Source: Vicinamibacterales bacterium | GTDB lineage: Bacteria > Acidobacteriota > Vicinamibacteria > Vicinamibacterales > SCN-69-37 | Reading direction: 5' to 3' | Length of the DNA stretch: 41,624 nt | Assembly: GCA_046590915.1 (NCBI GenBank) | Contig: JBKJTD010000412.1 | Coordinates: 1 to 41,624, forward strand | Shown: in pieces, positions 7,453 through 14,523 of the stretch | Layout of the letters: each line of letters starts with the position of its first letter | Numbering within the stretch: position 1 is the first letter of the stretch | The notes under the pieces: generated by a model | The model's input: the letters and a program-made list of their open reading frames with translations, nothing else | The model's database searches: none | What the model was told of the DNA's origin: nothing | Program-made: the position numbers and the translations under genes

Positions 7453-8976
7453 TTACGAGATGGGCACGCACTGTCCGGCCTCGACCCAGATGTATTCCCA
7501 TGCGAGTGAACCTGCGAGGGTAACCACGGCCATGGGGACCAGGGCAAGCATCGAGAAACCCGTGATCGACGCGAGCCAGAAGAGCAGCAGGGGGGCAATG
7601 CCGCCCAGACCGAGCGCGCCGGCCCAGAATAGTTTCGCGTAGGCGCCCGATCGAATCTGCCGCACGGCGAGTTCGTGATGGCGGCTATGGCTGCGGAACA
7701 CCAGGTTCTCCGCGACCAGAATCAGCAGGTGTACCACCGTGGCGCCGGCGAGTGTCCAGCCCAGTGACTGAAGTGTGGCCGCGTTCACGTCGATGAACAA
7801 CGCCGCCAGCAGCAACGCCGCGCTGCCTTCGGCTGCGGCCTGCGCACACAGATCCACCGTGTGATGCCATCCCTGCCAGAGATCACGTGCCAGGCCCTGC
7901 GCGAAGAGCAGTCCTGTGTAGGCAGTCGCCGCCAGCGCCACCGGCAACGCCAGCACCGCGAGCACGGTGATGACGACCGGGAGGTCAAGCAACCACGCAA
8001 ACATCCACAGTCCCGCGATGGCGCCATGCGCGGTCAGGATGAAAGCCCCGCGCGCCATCCACGACGTCCAGTTCGGCCGCGTCAGGATGTAATAAAACCG
8101 CTCCGGGCGTTCAAGGTCCCAGACCAGAACGGCGGCCGTCGCAATCGCAAACACCGTCGCGATCAGCGGAGAGACGATGCCCGTGAGGGTGGACGTGTCG
8201 CCCATCAGCCAGAATAACGCGCCGAGAAACAACGCCCCGGTCGAGATGCCTTTTGCGATCAGGTACAACACGAGATCCATGCCCCAGGCTTTTTTGTGAG
8301 GCGCGTCGTAGTCGACTCGCGGCACTTCGGGGTGCAGCGGATCGGGTTCAAGCGCACCCAACGGACGCAGATGGACGTTGCCTTCCTTGAAGATGAACGG
8401 CCGCGTCGCAATCTCCGGCTTCATGATGCTGTCGTCCGCCGAGAGATAGAAAATCTTCGGCCCCGTTCCCTTTTCCGGCTTGCGCACCGAAAAGTCCTGC
8501 TGGGCGACGATTTGGGCCACCTTGGTGGTCGGGTCGTCGAGGTCACCAAAAATGCGGCACTCGGTGGGACACACACTCACACAGGCCGGCTGCAACTGGT
8601 TTTCGATGCGATTCGCGCAGAAGTTGCACTTCTCGGCCGTCCGGGTGTTCGGGTCGATAAACAGCTGGTCGTAGGGGCAGGCGGCCATGCACGCCTTGCA
8701 CCCGATGCACGCGTCGCCATGTAGATCCACGATCCCGTCGTTGCGCCGGAAGAGGGCGCTGGTCGGGCAGATGTTCATGCACGGCGCATCCTCGCACTGG
8801 TTGCACAGGACCGGGAGAAACAAGCGTTCGGCGTCCGGGAACCGGCCCTTTTCGACCGTTTTCACCCAGCACCGATTCACGCCGACCGGAATGTCGTGTT
8901 CAGACTTGCACGCGATCGAGCACGCATGGCACCCGATGCACTTCTTGAGATCGATGACAAACCCATAGTTCGGCAC
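7453..8976 (-). CDS. Fused 4Fe-4S dicluster (NrfC/DmsB-like) + NrfD/PsrC membrane anchor
   Basis: CIGCHAC, CNQCEDAPC..ICP, CIGCKACMAACP, KCNFC...PACVSVCP, followed by DLERPERF / WTSWMARG NrfD motifs and multiple TM helices. Confidence 0.93.
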   Translation of the reverse strand: MPNYGFVIDLKKCIGCHACSIACKSEHDIPVGVNRCWVKTVEKGRFPDAERLFLPVLCNQCEDAPCMNICPTSALFRRNDGIVDLHGDACIGCKACMAACPYDQLFIDPNTRTAEKCNFCANRIENQLQPACVSVCPTECRIFGDLDDPTTKVAQIVAQQDFSVRKPEKGTGPKIFYLSADDSIMKPEIATRPFIFKEGNVHLRPLGALEPDPLHPEVPRVDYDAPHKKAWGMDLVLYLIAKGISTGALFLGALFWLMGDTSTLTGIVSPLIATVFAIATAAVLVWDLERPERFYYILTRPNWTSWMARGAFILTAHGAIAGLWMFAWLLDLPVVITVLAVLALPVALAATAYTGLLFAQGLARDLWQGWHHTVDLCAQAAAEGSAALLLAALFIDVNAATLQSLGWTLAGATVVHLLILVAENLVFRSHSRHHELAVRQIRSGAYAKLFWAGALGLGGIAPLLLFWLASITGFSMLALVPMAVVTLAGSLAWEYIWVEAGQCVPIS

Positions 8977-8985
8977 GCGAAGCGA

Positions 8986-11900
8986 CTATAACGCACCGGG
9001 GGGGACGGCGTACAAGGCTTGAACGAGGACGTTCAACTGACCGCGGAGTTCCGAGTCGCCGGGGTCCCGAGGTCCCGAAGTTCCGAGGTTGGCGAGGTCT
9101 CTTGCGAGAGTCGCGATCTCGTCCTGTAACGGCGACCCGGTCCACGGGGGGACCGGAAGGTTCTCCACCAGCGTCGTCGTGACGTGGCTGCCCATTTCGA
9201 GGCGGACGAGGCGATCCATCACTGCGGAGTTGAACACCCCGCACAAAAAATACTGCTGTTCGATCGCAATCTCCGTTTTCAGGCAGAACAACGTGTGTGT
9301 CGTGATGACGCCCGCGGGGATGATTGCGGCGACGAGCGCCTGGGTATTGCCGAACCCGGAGACGTCGCGGTACGCAAGTCGCGCGCGCGCAAATCGTCGA
9401 TCCGGAAACCGGCCCGCCAGTACAGCATCCTCAATCACCATCGAGGGCCTGCGCCGATCGAAGGTGAACGGTCCGATGTGTTTGCCCTCAGCGACCAGAT
9501 GGCCGGCTCGACCTGGCACCCGCGTTCTGAACAGATGTTTGTCGTCGGACGCGTTCAACTCCCGGCTGAAGGTGATCTGCCATCCGTCCGGGGAGCCAAG
9601 CGTGGGGAACCGGCGAACGTGGGTGATCCACTCCACGTCAGCAGGCTGCCGCAGATCGAGCCATCGTCGCGTGGGGCCGCCAAGAGTGGTCATCACGTCA
9701 CGAGTCAGCCGCACTGGCAGTGTGTCTGCGTCCTCTGGGTCGCCGTGCTCCGCAATTGCCTCGGCTTCCTCAATCGTCGTGACGCCGAATCGGGCCCGTG
9801 TCACACCACCGCTGCCGCCCGCGTTCGGCGATCGCATCACGACGACGGCGAATCGCACACCGCGGTGAATCGGGAAGAGTCCGTGGGAGTTGTCGAAGCC
9901 GACAATGGTATCGAGCGTGCCTGTATCGACCACCGCCCGGCGCAACTCCGCAGCACCATCGTCGACGGCCATGCCCCAGGGCAGCACGAGGCCGACGCGG
10001 CCGCGAGGGCTCGTTAGTTGAAGCGCGCGGTCGACAAAGGGTTGATACAGATTGATCTGGCCTCTGAAGCATCGTGGATACAGCGCGGACTCACGAATGA
10101 ATCGCACCAGTGAATCCCGATCGTGGCTCGATCGGTGTGAGTGCGCATCGCGTCGCAACATCTCCCAGGGCGGGTTGCCGATGACTGCGTCAAACCCGGA
10201 GTCAGAACGGGGTTGTCCGTACTGGTCGTAGAACACATCGGCAAATTCGACGGGCCAGTGGAAGAAGCGATGTTCCGCCGCACGGTCAAGGGCGATGTGA
10301 CGAAAGCGATCAACGTGGCCGCCGCCGATCACGTCCTGCCCGCGCAGGATGGATTCGATGGCGGCCGCAAGTTCTGCCGGAGCCGGTCGATGGCAGGTCG
10401 GCGGCCAGAACCATCGCGCGCACCACAGATGCATGGCGGTCAACCAGCGCGCCGCCGGGCCGTCGGAGGCCATCAAGCGTAACCACTCCTGTTCCTTGCG
10501 CCGCACATCATTGACCGATGTATCCGGCTGTGCGGCCATGGCGCGCAGTGGCATGGTCATTCCTCGCAGGCTGTGTTGCAGTTGCGACTCGAGCGCCTCG
10601 AATAGTGGCAGTGCGTGCGAGGTGGCACCAATCGGACGCCTGATGATGTCGGGGGCCGTCCCAATCAAGCTGTGGCCCACCCGGAGCCGGTGATCGAGAA
10701 AGCCCAGGGGCTTGCCGTGTGCGAGTGTGGCGAGCCATAACGAGAGGCGCGCCACCTGCACGGCCCTCGGATTGTTGTCGACACCGAAGAGGCATCGTTG
10801 CGCGATGAGGCGCCGGAAGGTCGCCCGCATGTCGTCATCAATTTCGAGCGGCGTGTAGCGCCCCTCGGCGACCAGTGATCGCTCGTAGGCCGATGACAGG
10901 TAGTGCAGGGCGGCGACCAGGAATGCTCCGCTCCCCATGGCGGGATCGACAATGCGAAGCGTGAGAATGTCGTCGGCGGATGCGCCATGAACCAAGGGGC
11001 CAAGCGTGCGGCGGATGGTCAGGTCGGCAATGGCCTGAGGTGTGTAGAACGTGCCGGTATCCTTGCGCGCCGCGCTGTGGTTTGAGCGTATCGCCGGAAT
11101 GGGGTGTGTGGTGCCGATGGTGTCTGGATCGAGGTCGAGCACACGCTCGTACACAGCGCCGAGTTGTTCGACGCCAAAGTCCCCGTAGTTGAGGGGCAGT
11201 CGTCCTGCGCGGTCGGTTCGCGTGCCCAGCGCCAGCAAGGTGTCGCGTAGCGCCTGGTCACGAGCGCGGCTGCGCGGCGTGGGACTGGTGTGACGCCGGT
11301 CCGATTCAAGCGACGGCGCGGAGCGTGCCGAAAAGAGGTGTCCGTTGAAGGGGAACACGCGCAACGAATCGACCGTTCCGCCGGTGCGTGAGAGTGTCGT
11401 GATGGCGGCGAGCGCGTCCCAAAGGCCGGATGAGCCGGCGCGCATGGCGTCATCACACAGCGCCGTGAGGGTGTACATCTCCCGATAGAGCGGGTGGTGC
11501 ACCGGCACCAGCGCGCGTGACTCGGCGAAGAGGAGGAACAGGACGCGATAGACGAGTGTGAGCGACTCGTCGAAGGCACTGGGGGCGACGTGCCCAGGTC
11601 GGCGCAGCACGCGCGTGAGCGCGTGCAGCGCCTCCACCACACCCGCCTGCAGGTGCCCGTGCAGGCGCGCGTGATATCCCGCGGCGTCGGCGAGCCGGTC
11701 ATTGAGTGCACGCGTGTCAAATGCCGACGCGTGCGCGAGCGTCAGCAGAATCCCTGCTGCGTCGCCCTCCACGGCGTCGGGAAATGTGAAGTCGAGCGCG
11801 CGCCGGCTCGCGTGCCCGCGAGCCGGCACGAGCGACAGGTGCGGCGGCGCCAGCACGAAACACCAGTCGGCGCCATGCAGACGCGCCGTCGCGATCGCGT

Positions 11901-12228
11901 CGCGCCATGGCGCGGGCGGGCGTGCCGCCCACCCGCGCCATCCCAGCACCTGCAGCGCGACCGCCTGACCGCGCGGCGTCACAAGCCGCGCGGTCAGGCC
12001 GTCACGCGACGCCGCCAGGTCCCGCGCGCGGAATCCCAGCCGCGCAAACAGCGGCATGGCGACGAGGTCGCAGACCGCGCGCGCGCCTGTGGCCGGCCCA
12101 CACTGACGCGCCACATCCGCCCACCACCGAGCGAGTGACGCCTGACGACGAGGGTCGACGGGCGCAGCGCGCTCGGCGAGCCACTGCGACGGAAATAGAT
12201 GGCCGCCAACGCCTGGCAGCGCGCTCAC
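8986..12228 (-). CDS. Eco57I/type IIG-like N6-adenine DNA methyltransferase (DrmMI/PglX-like)
   Basis: LGAVYERVL, RKDTGTFYTP, motif I DPAMGSGAFL, FGVD.NP.AV..ARLSLW, motif IV GNPPW, TRD-like C-terminus. Confidence 0.9.
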   Translation of the reverse strand: MSALPGVGGHLFPSQWLAERAAPVDPRRQASLARWWADVARQCGPATGARAVCDLVAMPLFARLGFRARDLAASRDGLTARLVTPRGQAVALQVLGWRGWAARPPAPWRDAIATARLHGADWCFVLAPPHLSLVPARGHASRRALDFTFPDAVEGDAAGILLTLAHASAFDTRALNDRLADAAGYHARLHGHLQAGVVEALHALTRVLRRPGHVAPSAFDESLTLVYRVLFLLFAESRALVPVHHPLYREMYTLTALCDDAMRAGSSGLWDALAAITTLSRTGGTVDSLRVFPFNGHLFSARSAPSLESDRRHTSPTPRSRARDQALRDTLLALGTRTDRAGRLPLNYGDFGVEQLGAVYERVLDLDPDTIGTTHPIPAIRSNHSAARKDTGTFYTPQAIADLTIRRTLGPLVHGASADDILTLRIVDPAMGSGAFLVAALHYLSSAYERSLVAEGRYTPLEIDDDMRATFRRLIAQRCLFGVDNNPRAVQVARLSLWLATLAHGKPLGFLDHRLRVGHSLIGTAPDIIRRPIGATSHALPLFEALESQLQHSLRGMTMPLRAMAAQPDTSVNDVRRKEQEWLRLMASDGPAARWLTAMHLWCARWFWPPTCHRPAPAELAAAIESILRGQDVIGGGHVDRFRHIALDRAAEHRFFHWPVEFADVFYDQYGQPRSDSGFDAVIGNPPWEMLRRDAHSHRSSHDRDSLVRFIRESALYPRCFRGQINLYQPFVDRALQLTSPRGRVGLVLPWGMAVDDGAAELRRAVVDTGTLDTIVGFDNSHGLFPIHRGVRFAVVVMRSPNAGGSGGVTRARFGVTTIEEAEAIAEHGDPEDADTLPVRLTRDVMTTLGGPTRRWLDLRQPADVEWITHVRRFPTLGSPDGWQITFSRELNASDDKHLFRTRVPGRAGHLVAEGKHIGPFTFDRRRPSMVIEDAVLAGRFPDRRFARARLAYRDVSGFGNTQALVAAIIPAGVITTHTLFCLKTEIAIEQQYFLCGVFNSAVMDRLVRLEMGSHVTTTLVENLPVPPWTGSPLQDEIATLARDLANLGTSGPRDPGDSELRGQLNVLVQALYAVPPGAL

Positions 12229-14420
12229 TTCACTCCTCCGCGGACAGGCGTCACCAGCCCCACGAGCAACCGCGGCTCACCGACGAGGACGACGTCGTGA
12301 AAATGAGCTCGGAGGCGATTTTCGGAAAAATCGCCTCCGAGCTCATTTTCTGGCGGGTGTTCAAACAGTCCCGGCTGCGCGGAGGACGGCGCCGGCGGCT
12401 GGGCTCGGGCCCGTATGGCCGCCCGAAGACGCAGGCGGTGCGTCAGCACACGCGCACGAGGCACCGCGCACTGCCTCAGCAGTTCAAGTGGCGCATCAAC
12501 ATCCACCGCAACGATCACCCGTTCGACCACATCTCCGCTCGGCGTCACCAGCGGGATCTCATAGGTCGCGACTCCCGCGGCGGGGCGTCCCAGCCAGCGG
12601 CACACCAGCAGCGAGCTCACAACGGCGATGCATCGATCGGTGGCGCCGGAATACCGCCAGCAGGCGGAGAGTCGGCGTTGACGGCCGTACCATTCGGCCA
12701 GGCCGACGGCTGCACGCGTCCACCGCCGACACGACAGCATCGACACCATGGAGGCCTCAGCGCCCTGCGCCGCGCGCGCATCAAGCCGCTCGTGCAACGA
12801 ACGATCGAACGGATGTCGCGACGTCAGCACGGTGCCGTGCACGCGCTGCGTCTGGCCGATGCGATCGATACGGCCCATGCGCTGTGCCAGCCGCAACGGT
12901 GTGGTCGGCACATCCACGCAGATGGCCCATCTGGCCGTCTCGTGCAGATTGAGGCCCTGACTCGCGACATCGGTGGCCACCAGCACGTCGGCGCGCTGCT
13001 CCAGAAACGTCTGCAGCGCCTGGTGTTGCTCGGAGAGCGTCTGACCGCCATGCATGACCACGCCGTGTCGACCGCGCGGCAGTGCCGCCACGATCGACGC
13101 CAGGGTGTCCCTGTACTGTGTGAAGACCACCGCCCGATCGGGACAGCGCCTCAGCAAGGTGGTCAACGCCTGCGCCCGACTGCCGCTCACCTGCCGCGAG
13201 CACAGATGCGTGAGACGCAGCAACCACGCGCGTTCCCGCTCGACCGGCAGACCACTCGCACTCACGAGCGCCTCCGCCTCATCTGCCGCAAACCCATCGC
13301 TCTCAAAGAGCCCCTGCTGACGCCAGTCATCTTCGGTGGGGAGTGGCCGCTGTTCGATGATCGCAAGGCGACGCGTGAGGGATGCGTGGAGTGCCGCCGG
13401 CGACGACAGCAGGCGTCGGCGGAACACCGCGCAGATGAGGGGCAGACCCGCGGTCAGCGGCAGAGCAACGGGATGCCGCAGCGATCGCTCGAACAGGTCG
13501 ATCATCTGCAGTGCGCGCAGGTCGTGCTCTTTGAGTCGCACCGGGAGCCAGCGGACACGTCGGCGACGGCGGTCGGCCTCGCGCGTGCGGCGAAAGATCG
13601 TGGGCGGCTCCCCGCGCGAACCCACCGACAGCAGTCGACGGAAGCGTGTCTGGTCGCCATCGTGGGGTGTGGCCGTCAACAGCACGACGGCGCGCGCGGC
13701 AGTGGCCAGGCCGTCCAGTGCGGCGTGCCTCTGCGAGTCGCCCGACAGCAGATGCGCCTCGTCAACGACGATCAGGTCCCACGGCGCGACCGGCAGCGCG
13801 TCCAACACATGGGGCTGCTTGAGGAAGTCGAGCGACGTGAGCCAGACGCCCGGCAACAGCCACGGGCTGCCCAGGTAAGGCAGGGCCCTCCGGAGCTTCG
13901 CGAGCGAGACGGTATCTGCCACGCGCGGGTCCATTCCGAAGCGCGTCGCAAGTTCCCCCTTCCACTGGTGCAGCAGGGTGGCGGGGGCGACGACAAGCAC
14001 ACGCGCATCGGGATGGTCGTCGAGCGTCGTCCTGACGATCAGGCCCGCCTGCACCGTCTTGCCCATCCCCACATCGTCTGCAATCAGCAGGCGTCGACGC
14101 CCAGCCAGCAGCGCCAGCACGGGCTCGAGTTGAAACGGGAGAATCGAGATATGAGTGTGGTTGAGTGGCCCCGGCGTGAATGCCAGCCGTGCTGACGCCA
14201 CATGGCCCGCCAGCCGGGCAACCGCCTGACGAGGCCTGACGCGCACGATCCCCGGCCGTCGTTGAACGACGACGAGGTCTCCCGGAATCAAAAAGGCGCG
14301 AGTTTCACCCGTATCCCGGGCTACCGCCCGCAGACACGTCAACCCTGTACCGTGGCGCTCCTCAACGACGCGCCAACGGCGTCGCCGAATCCACACATCG
14401 GACATCGCAGTTTTTGCCAC
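12225..14420 (-). CDS. SNF2-family helicase (DrmD/RapA-like)
   Basis: LLIADDVGMGKT, DEAH, LTATP, VVFTQYRDT, ATDVASQGLNL, QRMGRIDRIGQ. GTGA overlap with the methyltransferase. Confidence 0.92.
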   Translation of the reverse strand: MAKTAMSDVWIRRRRWRVVEERHGTGLTCLRAVARDTGETRAFLIPGDLVVVQRRPGIVRVRPRQAVARLAGHVASARLAFTPGPLNHTHISILPFQLEPVLALLAGRRRLLIADDVGMGKTVQAGLIVRTTLDDHPDARVLVVAPATLLHQWKGELATRFGMDPRVADTVSLAKLRRALPYLGSPWLLPGVWLTSLDFLKQPHVLDALPVAPWDLIVVDEAHLLSGDSQRHAALDGLATAARAVVLLTATPHDGDQTRFRRLLSVGSRGEPPTIFRRTREADRRRRRVRWLPVRLKEHDLRALQMIDLFERSLRHPVALPLTAGLPLICAVFRRRLLSSPAALHASLTRRLAIIEQRPLPTEDDWRQQGLFESDGFAADEAEALVSASGLPVERERAWLLRLTHLCSRQVSGSRAQALTTLLRRCPDRAVVFTQYRDTLASIVAALPRGRHGVVMHGGQTLSEQHQALQTFLEQRADVLVATDVASQGLNLHETARWAICVDVPTTPLRLAQRMGRIDRIGQTQRVHGTVLTSRHPFDRSLHERLDARAAQGAEASMVSMLSCRRWTRAAVGLAEWYGRQRRLSACWRYSGATDRCIAVVSSLLVCRWLGRPAAGVATYEIPLVTPSGDVVERVIVAVDVDAPLELLRQCAVPRARVLTHRLRLRAAIRARAQPPAPSSAQPGLFEHPPENELGGDFSENRLRAHFHDVVLVGEPRLLVGLVTPVRGGVK
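12300..12350. repeat. 51-bp intragenic palindromic element, copy 1 (in helicase C-terminus)
   Basis: 12299-12350 forms 24-bp perfect arms around a CGGA loop and encodes ENELGGDFSENRLRAHF in the helicase; 49/51 identical to 39846-39896. Confidence 0.95.
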
Positions 14421-14467
14421 CCCCTCGCACAGCTGCGTGAGCTGAGCGGAGTGACACCCCCTGCAGA

Positions 14468-14484
14468 AGCAACCCCGATGCCGG
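14468..14484 (-). promoter_or_regulatory. Putative sigma54 (-24/-12) promoter for the helicase-methyltransferase operon
   Basis: Minus strand CCGGCATCGGGGTTGCT: GG-N10-GC with GGCA...TTGCW, about 48 nt upstream of the GTG start at 14420. Confidence 0.6.
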
Positions 14485-14523
14485 CGGGATCGACAAAGCC
14501 CCGCCTCGGTGCCGTCCGCGACC

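Noticed and set aside
11907-14195. 762-aa plus-strand ORF
   Set aside because: Antisense shadow of the helicase; Arg/Gln/His-rich with no motifs, as expected in high-GC DNA.
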